The notes below the pieces were generated by a model, which made no database searches, was not told where the DNA came from, and saw only the letters and a list, made by a program, of their open reading frames with translations. A DNA stretch of 64,000 nucleotides, taken from assembly GCA_963774265.1 (NCBI GenBank), contig CAVZDU010000005.1:288001-352000 (forward strand), written 5' to 3'. Made by a program: the position numbers and the translations under genes. Origin of the DNA: an uncultured Chloroflexia bacterium. GTDB lineage: Bacteria; Chloroflexota; Anaerolineae; CG2-30-64-16. This document shows positions 21,248 through 31,599 of the stretch, piece after piece. Numbering within the stretch: the stretch's first letter is position 1; each line of letters opens with the position of its first letter.

Positions 21248-21823
21248 TCACAGATTCCTGATCGGATCGTCAAGCCACACAGACCGCAGCTTCTCAAGCC
21301 CCAGGCGAAGCCGGCCCTTCACCGTGCCCAATGGGAGCCCCAACTGCTCAGCGAGCTCGCTGTGTGTCAGGCCGCCGAAGAAGGCGAGCTCGATGACCTG
21401 GCGCTGCTCAAGGGGCAGTTGGGCCAGGAGCAGCCGCAGGTGTTGCCCGCGCTCCCAGGCTGCATGGTCAGTGGACAGCAACCGTTCCAGGGCTGTCTCA
21501 GCTTCAGGATCGTCACCCGGAAGCTCGACCGCGCGCGGACGGCGGCCTTCCAGGCGCAGGCGGTCGATCGCTGCGAAGCGGGTCACGCCCAGCAGCCAGT
21601 GGGAGAACTGGCCGCGTCCCGGATCGTAGCGCTGGCTCTTCTGCCATAGCTTCAGAAAGACGTCCTGTGTCACCTCTTCCGCCAGGCCTACGTCCTGCAA
21701 CACGCGCCAGGACATGCTATAGACCAGGTTGGCGTAGCGTTTGTACAGCGCCAGGAGCGCATCGCTTTCGCCAGCCACGACCCTTTGCAGCAGAATTCCA
21801 TCGTCGGACCCACCGACTTCCAT
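21248..21823 (-). CDS. ECF sigma factor, SigK-like
   Basis: AEEVTQDVFLKLW (region 2), LPLGTVKGRLRLGL (region 4); adjacent to rskA. Confidence 0.9.
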   Translation of the reverse strand: MEVGGSDDGILLQRVVAGESDALLALYKRYANLVYSMSWRVLQDVGLAEEVTQDVFLKLWQKSQRYDPGRGQFSHWLLGVTRFAAIDRLRLEGRRPRAVELPGDDPEAETALERLLSTDHAAWERGQHLRLLLAQLPLEQRQVIELAFFGGLTHSELAEQLGLPLGTVKGRLRLGLEKLRSVWLDDPIRNL

Positions 21824-22032
21824 CGCCTGGACCCCTCTGCCCCGGCGCATGACGAGCAGCCACCTTGTGGGGTACTCCTAACCGAGGCTGCTGCAGTGTA
21901 TCATGGGTCGAGCCAGTCAGCCAGATGGGGAAAGGCCCGGCGAGCCTGGCCCGGGACTGGGTCTCCGACCTGGCGTGTGTACCGTTGCAAGCGACACTCA
22001 TTGCCAGGTCGGAGACCCCACGGCCGGAGGTG

Positions 22033-23277
22033 TTACTTCGTCACGATCACCTGGCCCTTCATGTTGGGATGGTAGGTGCAAGTGTAGTCGTACGTCCCTT
22101 CTTTCGTGAAGGTATAGCTGAACGTGGCGCCCTTGGCCATGTTGCCGGAGTCGAATGCGCCGCCCGCTTCCGTCACCGTGTGACTCATCTGATCGGCATT
22201 TGTCCAGGTCACAGTCGTCCCGACCTGCACCGTCAGCGGCGCGCCATAGCTGAAGTTCTGAATGCTGATGCTCGCGGTCTTTGCCGGTGCAGCCGGCGCC
22301 GCGCTGGCGGCAGTCGGTGTCTCGCTGGCGGCAGCCGGCGTCTTGACCATCTCGCCCTGGGGCGAGACCAGGAACCAGACGCCGCCCACATCCTGGCCTG
22401 AGGTGTCGCCGGCCTTCGTGTCCTTGATCCAGTAGTAAAGCGGCCAGCCGTTATACGTCACCTGCAGCTTGCCGTCCGTGCGAGTCGTCGTGCCGAGCAG
22501 TGAAGCGTTCAACCCGTCACTGGCCTGCGGAGCGCCCGTAGTGAACAGCACCGGCCAGTTCACCGCACACTTGTCGTAGCAATTGCTTACGTTCTTGGTG
22601 TCCTTGGTGTACAGGTACAGCGTCATGCCCTTCTCATCGACCAGGAAACTGCCGAACTTCTCATCCGTCGCCATCTTGACCAGCGTGCCCACGCTGGCGG
22701 CAGCCGGCGTCTTGACCATCTCGCCCTGGGGCGAGACCAGGAACCAGACGCCGCCCACATCCTGGCCTGAGGTGTCGCCGGCCTTCGTGTCCTTGATCCA
22801 GTAGTAAAGCGGCCAGCCGTTATACGTCACCTGCAGCTTGCCGTCCGTGCGAGTCGTCGTGCCGAGCAGTGAAGCGTTCAACCCGTCACCGGCCTGCGGA
22901 GCGCCCGTAGTGAACAGCACCGGCCAGTTCACCGCACACTTGTCGTAGCAGTTGCTCACGTTCTTCGTGTCCTTGGTGTACAGGTACAGCGTCATGCCCT
23001 TCTCGTCGACCAGGAAACTGCCGAACTTCTCATCCGTCGCCATCTTGACCAACGTGCCCACGCTGACGGCAGCCGGCGCGATCGTCGGCGCGGTCGCCGG
23101 CGCAGTCGTCGGCGCAGTGGTTGGGGGCGCCGCCGGGATATTGGTCGCGGCTGGAGCCTGGGCCGCTGGAACAGGGATCGCACTAGGGGCACAACTTGCC
23201 AACACCATCAGCAGCGCGACCATGCCGACCATCACACCGCTCCTCTTCACTCCTGCCAACAACGACTTCGTGTTCAT
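22033..23277 (-). CDS. Lipoprotein with tandem COG4315 (Lipoprotein_15) domains and a C-terminal cupredoxin
   Basis: Lipobox LASC; GMTLYLYTKD/QVTYNGWPLYY domain twice; type-1 Cu ligands H...CTYHPNM. Confidence 0.85.
   Translation of the reverse strand: MNTKSLLAGVKRSGVMVGMVALLMVLASCAPSAIPVPAAQAPAATNIPAAPPTTAPTTAPATAPTIAPAAVSVGTLVKMATDEKFGSFLVDEKGMTLYLYTKDTKNVSNCYDKCAVNWPVLFTTGAPQAGDGLNASLLGTTTRTDGKLQVTYNGWPLYYWIKDTKAGDTSGQDVGGVWFLVSPQGEMVKTPAAASVGTLVKMATDEKFGSFLVDEKGMTLYLYTKDTKNVSNCYDKCAVNWPVLFTTGAPQASDGLNASLLGTTTRTDGKLQVTYNGWPLYYWIKDTKAGDTSGQDVGGVWFLVSPQGEMVKTPAAASETPTAASAAPAAPAKTASISIQNFSYGAPLTVQVGTTVTWTNADQMSHTVTEAGGAFDSGNMAKGATFSYTFTKEGTYDYTCTYHPNMKGQVIVTK
22323..23078. repeat. Intragenic tandem duplication, period 369 bp
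   Basis: CGCTGGCGGCAGCCGGCG-like sequence at 22323, 22692 and 23061; the units are nearly identical. Confidence 0.9.
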
Positions 23278-23330
23278 CTACATCCTCCGCACATTTGGAT
23301 TTGATAGATTATTCTACTATCTATAGTATT

Positions 23331-23359
23331 AATACGCTGGCGAAACCGCCCGTGGATCA
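23331..23359 (-). promoter_or_regulatory. ECF sigma promoter (copy 2)
   Basis: TGATCC-17 bp-CGTATT upstream of the lipoprotein gene. Confidence 0.65.
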
Positions 23360-23466
23360 GTGGTCATTCAGCAGTGTGGAGGCTGCGGTCGCAGGAGCGC
23401 TGGTGGCTCTTGCGACCGGCCAGCGCTGGCAGGGGACGCAGACGCTGGTGGCGTGAACCTGACAGG

Positions 23467-23496
23467 AAAAAGCCGCCGGGTGTCACCCTCGGCGGC
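23467..23496 (-). terminator. Intrinsic terminator
   Basis: GCCGCCG stem followed by TTTTT on the minus strand. Confidence 0.65.
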
Positions 23497-23536
23497 CTTA
23501 ATGCTGATATATTCGGTTTTTCGAACTCGCTGACCG

Positions 23537-23983
23537 TTACCGCCCGCCACCGGGTGCATGTTGCTCCCCGCCGCGGCTATAACCGGTTGTCGACCGAGCG
23601 CCGGCATTCATTGCCTTCGCCGGGCTAAGCCCCCTGGATCGCCACAGTTCCAGACTGCTCGATCCCTGAACCTGGGCGCCCGTGCGGAGTTGACCTGTTG
23701 AGATCGCGGCTTGGTCCAGCGCCCGTACCCCCGCCACGCCCACCAGGCTGCTCCTTTGTGAGGCCGCGGCCTCCGCTGCTCGTACTGCAGATACCCCGAG
23801 CGAAGCGCCGTACCGAGATGCCGAAGCCTCGGACGACCTCTGCGTGGTCGACTGCTGGGTGTCAGCATACAGCCTATTGCCCCACACGTAGGCGGCTCCC
23901 ACCAACAGGGCCACGACGATGAGCGCAATCACGACCCGACTGATCCATCGAGGATCCTTCTTCAAAGTTTCTGAAGCCTGCAT
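23537..23983 (-). CDS. Hypothetical membrane-anchored protein
   Basis: RBS GGGAGG; TM helix VVIALIVVALLVGAAYVW; 3' end uncertain. Confidence 0.5.
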   Translation of the reverse strand: MQASETLKKDPRWISRVVIALIVVALLVGAAYVWGNRLYADTQQSTTQRSSEASASRYGASLGVSAVRAAEAAASQRSSLVGVAGVRALDQAAISTGQLRTGAQVQGSSSLELWRSRGLSPAKAMNAGARSTTGYSRGGEQHAPGGGR

Positions 23984-24104
23984 TGTGTAACCTCCCGGTT
24001 CGCATTTCACTGGCATACTCGCGCCAAGAGGTTATAAGAAGAGCTACAAATCGGTTATATTCCACGGCCATCTCTCCAGAGCCCGTTGCGGATCAGGGCC
24101 TGCT

Positions 24105-26286
24105 TCAGGGTTCCTCCCCGCGCCGCAGCCGTGCGCCGAGCGCGACCGTTTCGCGGGCCGGCTGCGAGCCCAGATCCTGCGCCAGCAGGGTCACCAGTGC
24201 ATCGTAATGGCGCAGCGCCTGCCCCCGCTCACCCAGGTGAACCAGGCAGCGCATCATCCCCCGGTGGGCGGCCTCCAGGTAACTGTCCTGGTCCAGCGCG
24301 CGTTGGTAAATCGGCTCGGCCTCCGCATAGCGGTCCGCGGCAAGGAGCAGCTTGCCGAGCAGCAGCAACGCCCCCTGATAGAGTCTGCGCAATTCCTCCC
24401 GGTGCAGCACAGGCCAGTCGACTGCCAGGTCGGTCAGGAACTCCTCGCGGTAGAGAGCGATCGCCTCCTGGAGGTCCAGGATTGCCTGGTCGGCATCGAG
24501 CGCCGCCCTGGCTGCAGCGACGCGAGACTCGAAAGCCTGGCAGTCGATCCAGCAGGGCAGCGATCGGTTGAAGCCGTAGCTTCCATCCTTGAAGTGAATC
24601 CATTCCGCGCGGCCCAATGCCTGACGCAGATGATACAGGACCACGCGGAAGTTGTTGCGCAATTGGGCGTCAGAGACGTCCGGCCAAAGCGCCAGGCCGA
24701 TCTGTTCCTTGGATCGGGACGGATGGCACACAAGATAGAAGAGCAGTTCGCGAGCTTTGCCGTAGGTCCAATCATTCATGGTGAGGGCGCGGCCGTCTCG
24801 AAATACCTGTCCCGCGCCCAGGGTGAAGATGGTGAGCTGCGGTTCCCCAGGCGCCCCTGCAGGTGAAGGTCCGAAGATGTTCGCAGCGCGGCTGGCAGCG
24901 TCGCGAGGAATGGCACCCTGCGGGGAAGGCTGCTGCCGGGAGTCGACGGGCGCCAGCCGCCCAAATGCTTCCAACGCCGCGGTCAGCCGCTGCTCAGCCT
25001 GATGTTCCCCGTTTTCACGACACCAGCGCAATGCGACTTCCAGGTTGTGATGCTCAAGCTTCAAGCGGGCCAGCCAGACTTCCTGACCGGGCGCGGACAG
25101 TTGCGCTTCCCCTTGTTGCACCATGCGGTCGTAGAAATCGAAGTGCCGGCGTTCGGTCGCTGCGGCCTCGCCCGCGGCCGCCAGCTCGTCCTGCGCATAA
25201 CTGCGGATCGTCTTGAGGAGCCGGTAGCGGCCCTCGTTGCTTGATGGCAGGACGGCCACCAGTGATTTGTCCACCAAAGCTGCAACCAGATCGAGGATCG
25301 CGGATCCCTGCACCGGCCCGCCGGCGCCCACCGCTTCCGCGCCCGCGAGGCTAAAGCCGCCCGCGAACACTGATAGTCGCCTGAGTAGCGCCTGCTCTGG
25401 CCCGGTCAACAGATCAAAACTCCAGTCCAACGCGGTGCGCAGGGTGTGGTGGCGGGGTTGCGCGGTGCGACTGCCCTGAGTCAGTAGATCGAGACAGTCG
25501 CAGAGCCGATCTGCAATCTGCGTAACCGGGAGTGTTTTGATCCGCGCCGCGGCCAGCTCGATGGCGAGCGGCAAGCCATCCAACCCATAACAGATGAGGG
25601 CCACGGCGCTCGCGTTATCGTCCGTCAGGGCAAAGCCGGGCTGAACGGATCGCGCCCGCTGGACAAAGAGGGCGATACCTGCGTATTGATTCAGGGTCTC
25701 AAGCGGAGGCAGCGGATGGAGAGGCGGCAAATCCAGTGGAGGCACCAGGTATTCCTGCTCACCCGGGAGATGCAGCGGTTCCCGACTGGTCACCAGGAGC
25801 GTCAGGTTGGGGGCCGCCGCCAACAGCTCGACCACCAACGGCGCAGCCGCGATCACCGGGTCGAAATCATCGAGCAACAACAGCATCTGCTTGTCCCGCA
25901 GGAAAGATGCCACCGAATCGGCCGGAGGGTGTCTGGGAGAGGGGACCACGCCCAGCCCCTCGGCGATGGCAGTGATGAGCAGGGCGGGATCCTGCACTGC
26001 CGCCAGCGGGATAACGCGGCCACCATCCCGGTAGTGTTTTTCGAGGTCACCGGTTGCCTGGCTGCCCAGACGCGATTTGCCGATGCCGGCTGGCCCGGTG
26101 AGGGTGACCAGGCGGACCCGGTCGTGTGCGCCGTTAAGAGGTGCGGCCCCGTGGGGAAGGGGGGTGAACAGGCGCGTAATCTCGGCGAGATCGTCCGCAT
26201 GCCCGACGAAACTGTTGAGGGAGGGGGGCAGGGCTATTCGCAATATCCTTGATATTCTTGGTGGCACTCTTCGACCCACAATACAT
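24105..26286 (-). CDS. STAND NB-ARC ATPase with C-terminal SARP wHTH + BTAD (start approximate)
   Basis: GPAGIGKS, VTSREPL, LDGLPLAIELAAAR; C-terminal LWPD...LRQAL and EAAHRGMMR. Confidence 0.8.
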
Positions 26287-26490
26287 CACGACCGCACGTA
26301 CTTTTTGCTGGCACCGGCTGCTCCTCGTCTATCATTATACTCGAGTGATGGGGGGTTGCGCCACCTTCTGCAGATTGAGCGAGGCTTCCTATCCGTAAGT
26401 GCCACAAGGCGGACCAAGGGATTCGGACCGCCCTGGCGTTGCGGCCGCGGAGGTAGGGTGGCTGCGCCGAAATAGCGTCAAAACCCTGTC

Positions 26491-26520
26491 TTGACAGCCC
26501 CCCCACATCGGTGCTAGATT
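26491..26520 (+). promoter_or_regulatory. Sigma70 promoter of the CODH operon
   Basis: TTGACA-18-TAGATT with extended TG. Confidence 0.5.
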
Positions 26521-26641
26521 ACCATCCAGACAATCGTATCGACTGAGTTGTGGACCGTCCCTTCCAACGGTCCTCACTGGCTATCTCCCTCGCTCTGCCT
26601 GCCGCGAGCTGTGTTCACTGGCGATCACAGGAGGATTGTCG

Positions 26642-27217
26642 ATGAATAAGTTGTTCATCCGTCCGGAGCTCTGCACCGGCTGCAAGACGTGTGAGCTGGC
26701 TTGCGCCGTCGCACACTCCCGCAGCCAGAACCTGCTGGGGGCCATGCTCGAGTCGCCCCCGCCCCACACCCGTATCTACATTGAAGCCGTCCCGGTCGCC
26801 TCCTTCGAGATCCTGAAACAACCCATGGCCTGCCGCCACTGCGATCCGGCGCCGTGCATCGCCGCATGCATCCCGCAAGCCATGCACCGCGGCCCGCGCG
26901 ATGAGGTGACCAATGTCGGCGGGAAGCACGCGTGCATCGCCTGTGGCATGTGCATTATGACGTGCCCCTTCGGCATGATCGGCCGCGCGGCCACGCCCGA
27001 CGACCTGTCCCCCTCGGGCTACCGGGTGATGGCCGTCAAATGCGACCTCTGTCCGGACCGGCCCGTCCCCGCATGTGTGACGGCCTGTCCGACCGGTGCG
27101 ATCCTGTTTGTGGAAGGCGATGAGTTCAGCCATGGCGCGCGGCAGCGCGCCAGCGCCGTGCTCGCCACCGCCCGCCAGGTACGCGAGGCGACGCTCGTTC
27201 AGGCGCAACAAGAGTAG
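26642..27217 (+). CDS. cooF: CooF-type 4x[4Fe-4S] electron transfer protein
   Basis: CTGCKTCELAC, CRHCDPAPCIAAC, CIACGMCIMTCP, KCDLC...CVTACP. Confidence 0.85.
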   Translation: MNKLFIRPELCTGCKTCELACAVAHSRSQNLLGAMLESPPPHTRIYIEAVPVASFEILKQPMACRHCDPAPCIAACIPQAMHRGPRDEVTNVGGKHACIACGMCIMTCPFGMIGRAATPDDLSPSGYRVMAVKCDLCPDRPVPACVTACPTGAILFVEGDEFSHGARQRASAVLATARQVREATLVQAQQE

Positions 27218-27267
27218 GGGCGACCCTTGCGGTCGCCCAGGGTCAATGCTCGGAGGCATGCCCCTAC
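27214..27267. repeat. GTAG-type REP doublet
   Basis: GTAGGGGCGACC-CTTGC-GGTCGCCC ... GCCCCTAC. Confidence 0.6.
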
Positions 27268-27289
27268 TTGCACGTACGGAGGTCTTTCT

Positions 27290-29188
27290 ATGGAACGCTC
27301 AATCAGCCCTGATTCGATCCTGATGATCAAGGCCGCCCAATCCGCGGGCGTCACCCTCGCCTGGGATCGCTACGAGGCGCAGTTGCCCCAGTGCGGTTTC
27401 GGCGAGACCGGCCTCTGCTGCCGCCATTGCCTGCAAGGCCCCTGCCGTATCGACCCATTCGGCCTGACCGGGCCCAAGCTGGGCATCTGCGGCGCGAACG
27501 CGGACACGATCGTCGCGCGCGGGCTGGCGCGGAGCATCGCGGGCGGCACTGCCTCGCACTCCGCACACGCCAAACACCTGGTGCACACCCTGCTCAAATG
27601 GAGCCGCGGGGAGGCGCCGGACTACGGGATCAAGGACCACGACAAGTTCAATGCGGTGCTCGCCCGCGTCGGCATCAGCCGCGACGGGAAGAGCGACCGG
27701 GAGCTGGCCGGCGAGCTGGCCCACCTGGCGCTGGCCGAGTTCTCCGAGCGCGAGGAGCCGCCGGTCTGGCTGGAGACCACCGTTACGCCGGCCCGTATGA
27801 AGAAGCTTGCTAGCCTGGGCCTCGTGCCGCCGGGGCTCGACTCGGGCGTGGCCGAGGTGATGCACCGCACCACCAACGGCGTCGACGCGGACGCGGTCAA
27901 TGTGCTGCTGGGCGCGATCAAGTGCGCGGTGGGCGATTACACCGGCATGTACCTGGGCACCGACCTCTCCGATATCCTTTTCGGCACGCCTGCACCCGTG
28001 CTGGGACGCGCCAACCTGGGCTGCCTGAAGGCGGACGCGGTCAACATCGCGGTCCACGGGCACAACCCCGTGCTCAGCGAGGTTATCCTGGCCGAGGCTG
28101 AGCGGCTGAAGGGCGAAGCCCAGGCCGCGGGTGCGAGCGCAGGATTCAACCTGGTGGGCATCTGCTGCACCGGCCACGAGCTGCTGATGCGGCACGGCAT
28201 CCCCTATGCCACCAACTCTCTGTCGCAGGAGCTGGCGCTGGTGACCGGCGCGGTGGACGCCATCGTGGTGGACTACCAGTGCGTTATGCCCAGCCTGCCC
28301 GAGGTGGCGAAGCATTACCACACCGCGGTCGTCACGACCATGCCGATTGCCAAGATCACGGGCGCCACCCACATCGAGTTCGACGAGGCGCACGCGGGCG
28401 AACGCGCGCAGCAGGTCCTGCGGCTGGCCATCGAGGCGTACGGCCGCCGCGACCCCGCCAAGGTCAACATCCCGCCCATCGTGAACGAAGCGTGGGCCGG
28501 CATGTCGGCCGAGACGATCGTCAAGGTCCTGAGCCTGGTGGACCCCGTGGATCCGCTCAAGCCGCTCATCGACAACATCGTCAACGGCAACATCCTGGGG
28601 GTCTGTCTCTTCGCGGGCTGCAACGACGTGAAGATCACGCAGGACAAAATGTTCGTGGCGCTGATCAAGGAGCTGGTGGCCCAGAACGTGCTGATCCTCT
28701 GCACCGGCTGCGGCGCGGGCAGCTTCGCCCGGCACGGCCTGCTGACCCCGGCCGCCACGGAGAAGTATGCCGGCCCCGGGCTGAAAGCCGTGCTCACTGC
28801 ACTCGGCCAGGCGGCCGGATTGGGTGGCCCGCTGCCGCTCGCGCTTCACACCGGCTCCTGCGTGGACAACACCCGCGCCGCGGCCATCGCCACCGCGATC
28901 GCGAACAAGCTGGGTGTGGACGTAAGCCAGCTGCCCGTGGTCGCCACCGCGCCCGAGGCGGCCATGGAGAAGGCGGTCTCGATCGGCACGTGGGCCGTCG
29001 CAATGGGCCTGCCGACCCACGTGGGCGTGGTCCCGCCGGTCACCGGCAGTCCCCTGGTCGTCAAGGTGCTGACCGAGACCGCCAAGGACCTGCTGGGCGG
29101 CTACTTCATCGTGGAACCGGACCCGGTCGCCGCGGCGGGCAAGCTGGTCGCCGCGCTGAAAGAGCGCCGCGCGGGATTGGGGATCTAG
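27290..29188 (+). CDS. cooS: Ni,Fe carbon monoxide dehydrogenase catalytic subunit
   Basis: D/B cluster CGFGETGLCCRHCLQGPC...ICG; C cluster HGHN, CCTG, YQC, GCN, TGCG, GSCVD; catalytic His and EKA. Confidence 0.95.
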   Translation: MERSISPDSILMIKAAQSAGVTLAWDRYEAQLPQCGFGETGLCCRHCLQGPCRIDPFGLTGPKLGICGANADTIVARGLARSIAGGTASHSAHAKHLVHTLLKWSRGEAPDYGIKDHDKFNAVLARVGISRDGKSDRELAGELAHLALAEFSEREEPPVWLETTVTPARMKKLASLGLVPPGLDSGVAEVMHRTTNGVDADAVNVLLGAIKCAVGDYTGMYLGTDLSDILFGTPAPVLGRANLGCLKADAVNIAVHGHNPVLSEVILAEAERLKGEAQAAGASAGFNLVGICCTGHELLMRHGIPYATNSLSQELALVTGAVDAIVVDYQCVMPSLPEVAKHYHTAVVTTMPIAKITGATHIEFDEAHAGERAQQVLRLAIEAYGRRDPAKVNIPPIVNEAWAGMSAETIVKVLSLVDPVDPLKPLIDNIVNGNILGVCLFAGCNDVKITQDKMFVALIKELVAQNVLILCTGCGAGSFARHGLLTPAATEKYAGPGLKAVLTALGQAAGLGGPLPLALHTGSCVDNTRAAAIATAIANKLGVDVSQLPVVATAPEAAMEKAVSIGTWAVAMGLPTHVGVVPPVTGSPLVVKVLTETAKDLLGGYFIVEPDPVAAAGKLVAALKERRAGLGI

Positions 29189-29191
29189 TCT

Positions 29192-29629
29192 ATGCTCCCA
29201 TCACAAGCCTACCGCCGTCCCGACCCCGGCGCGGTGTTGGCCGCGTTGCACGAGATCACGGCTCACCATGGCTACCTGCCCGTGGACGCACTGCGCGACG
29301 CGGCCGCGGAGCTCGGCATGCCGCTGAGCCAGATGTTCAGCGCGGCCACGTTCTATGCCGCGTTCAGCTTCAAGCCGTGCGGCCGGCATAAGCTCCAGGT
29401 CTGCGAGGGCACCGCGTGCTACGTCAAAGGCTCGCCGGAGCTTATGGCGCAGTTGCAGGCTGAGTTGGGCGTCGCGCTCGACGAGACCACCGCCGACCTG
29501 GCGTTCACCCTGAAGCGGGTGCGCTGCGTCGGCTCATGCGGCCTGGCGCCCGTCGTGCGCGTCGACGGCGACACCTACGGCCACCTGACGCCCGACGCGC
29601 TGGATGCCGTGCTGGCGAAATATCGCTAG
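29192..29629 (+). CDS. NuoE/HydC-like [2Fe-2S] subunit
   Basis: VCEGTACYVKG, CVGSCGLAP. Confidence 0.9.
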   Translation: MLPSQAYRRPDPGAVLAALHEITAHHGYLPVDALRDAAAELGMPLSQMFSAATFYAAFSFKPCGRHKLQVCEGTACYVKGSPELMAQLQAELGVALDETTADLAFTLKRVRCVGSCGLAPVVRVDGDTYGHLTPDALDAVLAKYR

Positions 29630-29648
29630 GCCGCGCGTGAAGGGCTAA

Positions 29649-29779
29649 GCCGCCCGACCCTAAAGGGATCGGGCTACAAAGCAGCGCCCGCTGAAGCGGG
29701 CTAAACAAGGCTGTGAGTGGTCCGTTAGCCCCATTTATGGGGCGCCGCTGCGTAGCCCGGACGTTTACGTCCGGGCGGC
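29649..29779. repeat. REPIN-like element: inverted pair of double-hairpin units
   Basis: GCCGCCC-hairpin(TAAA loop)-GGGCTAC...CGCCC-hairpin-GGGCTAA occurs twice in opposite orientation. Confidence 0.7.
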
Positions 29780-29850
29780 GGAGAGATCACTGCCTGTGAC
29801 TCGGATAGATTCTTAACGTTCATCACGTCTGGACGGTCTTAGGAGGATGC

Positions 29851-31587
29851 ATGCTCCCGGATCTGGACGCGCTGGCCGCGGCAGGTGAGGCTCGGCTCTA
29901 CCCGGACAAGATCAAGATCACCGTCGGCATGGCGACCTGCGGCCGCGCGGCCGGGGCCGAGGCCGTATATGAGACGCTGGAGCAGCGCAGCAGCCAGCGT
30001 GGACTAGACATAATCATGGCAAGCACCGGCTGCATCGGCTACTGCCAGGGTGAGCCGCTCGTCGACGTGCGGCTGCCCGGACAGGGCCGGGTGCTGTACC
30101 GGGACATGACCCGGCCGCGCGCCCGGGCATTGATCGATTCTCTCAGCCGGGGCGCCTTGTCCCCCGATGGCGCGTGGGTGGTGATCGACGCGGAGGAGAC
30201 GCTGCTCGACGGCCGTGAGCGGCGCTTTGACCGGCCTCCGGAACTTGCGGCAGTGCCCGCATACGCGTCCGCGCCCTTCTTCGCACGCCAGCAGAAGATC
30301 GTCCTGCGCAACTGCGGCTTCATCGACCCGGCCAGCCTGGCTGAAACCATCGCCAGGGGCGGCTACCGCGCCTTGCGCCGCGCGTTGGCCGAGTTCGCGC
30401 CCCAACAGGTCATCGACGAGGTGACCCGCTCGGGGCTGCGCGGGCGGGGCGGCGGCGGGTTCCCGACGGGGCGCAAATGGCAGGCTGCGGCGGACGCGCG
30501 TGGCTCTGAGAAGTTCATCATCTGCAACGGCGACGAGGGCGATCCGGGCGCGTACATGGATCGCACCGTGCTGGAGAGCGACCCGCACAGCGTGATCGAG
30601 GGGATGATCATCGGTGCGTACGCGGTGGGCGCGGCCCGGGGCTTCGCCTACATCCGGGACGAGTATCCCCTGGCCGTGGAGCGGTTCGCGGCGGCCATCG
30701 CACAGGCCGAGGCGCAGGGCTTGCTGGGCGAGAACATTCTCGGCTCCCCCTTCAGCTTTTCGATCCAGCTCGTGCGGGGCGCGGGCGCGTTCGTCTGCGG
30801 TGAGGAGACCGCGCTGCTCGCCTCGATCGAGGGCGGCCTGGGCGAGCCGCGTCCCAAGCCGCCCTACCCGGCCGAGGCGGGCCTGTGGGGCCAGCCGACG
30901 GTCATCAACAACGTCAAGACGTGGGCCACGGTGCCTGTCGTGCTGGCCCGCGGGGCTGAGTGGTACGCGTCCCAGGGCTGCCCGGGGAACGCGGGCACGG
31001 TGGTCTTTTCACTGGTCGGCCAGATCGCCAACACCGGCCTGGTGGAGGTGCCGCTGGGCACGAAGCTGGGCGTGCTGCTCCAGGAGATCGGCGGAGGCGG
31101 TGCGGTTGGGCGCGACGGCCAGGGTCGCCGCATCAAGGCCGTGCAGACCGGCGGGCCTTCGGGCGGATGTTTGCCGGCCACGCTGGACTTCCTGTCGATC
31201 GATTACGAGAGCATGAAAGCCGCGGGCTCGATCATGGGCTCCGGGGGCATGGTGGTGCTCGACGAGACCGCGTGCATGGTCGACGTGGCGCGCTACTTCC
31301 TGGACTTCACGCGTGCCGAATCGTGCGGCAAGTGCACCGCCTGCCGCGAGGGAGCGCGCCACCTGGAGCAGATCCTCACCCGCATCACGCACGGGCAGGG
31401 CCGCGTGGGTGACCTGGGCTTGCTCGAAGAGGTGGGCGAGGCCGTGAAGGCGGGCTCGCTCTGCGGCCTGGGCCAGACCGCACCCAATCCGGTGCTGTCG
31501 ACGCTCCGTTATTTCCGGGACGAGTATGAGGCGCATGTCTACGAGCACCGCTGCCCCGCGGGCAAGTGCCACATGGAGCAGGCGTAA
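29851..31587 (+). CDS. NuoF/HydB-like FMN/NAD(H)-binding subunit
   Basis: GLRGRGGGGFPTG, DEGDPGAYMDR, CGEETAL, GGPSG, ESCGKCTACREG, CPAGKC. Confidence 0.9.
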   Translation: MLPDLDALAAAGEARLYPDKIKITVGMATCGRAAGAEAVYETLEQRSSQRGLDIIMASTGCIGYCQGEPLVDVRLPGQGRVLYRDMTRPRARALIDSLSRGALSPDGAWVVIDAEETLLDGRERRFDRPPELAAVPAYASAPFFARQQKIVLRNCGFIDPASLAETIARGGYRALRRALAEFAPQQVIDEVTRSGLRGRGGGGFPTGRKWQAAADARGSEKFIICNGDEGDPGAYMDRTVLESDPHSVIEGMIIGAYAVGAARGFAYIRDEYPLAVERFAAAIAQAEAQGLLGENILGSPFSFSIQLVRGAGAFVCGEETALLASIEGGLGEPRPKPPYPAEAGLWGQPTVINNVKTWATVPVVLARGAEWYASQGCPGNAGTVVFSLVGQIANTGLVEVPLGTKLGVLLQEIGGGGAVGRDGQGRRIKAVQTGGPSGGCLPATLDFLSIDYESMKAAGSIMGSGGMVVLDETACMVDVARYFLDFTRAESCGKCTACREGARHLEQILTRITHGQGRVGDLGLLEEVGEAVKAGSLCGLGQTAPNPVLSTLRYFRDEYEAHVYEHRCPAGKCHMEQA

Positions 31588-31599
31588 GGAGCTGGCCAC

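Noticed and set aside
26520-26640. Riboswitch in the cooF leader
   Set aside because: Only a short hairpin (GGACCGT...ACGGTCC); no recognisable aptamer consensus. An Rfam scan would settle it.
27299-29020. Long antisense ORFs (e.g. 573 aa opposite cooS, 564 aa at 41225, 555 aa at 39658)
   Set aside because: Shadow ORFs from high-GC codon bias opposite well-supported genes; no motifs.
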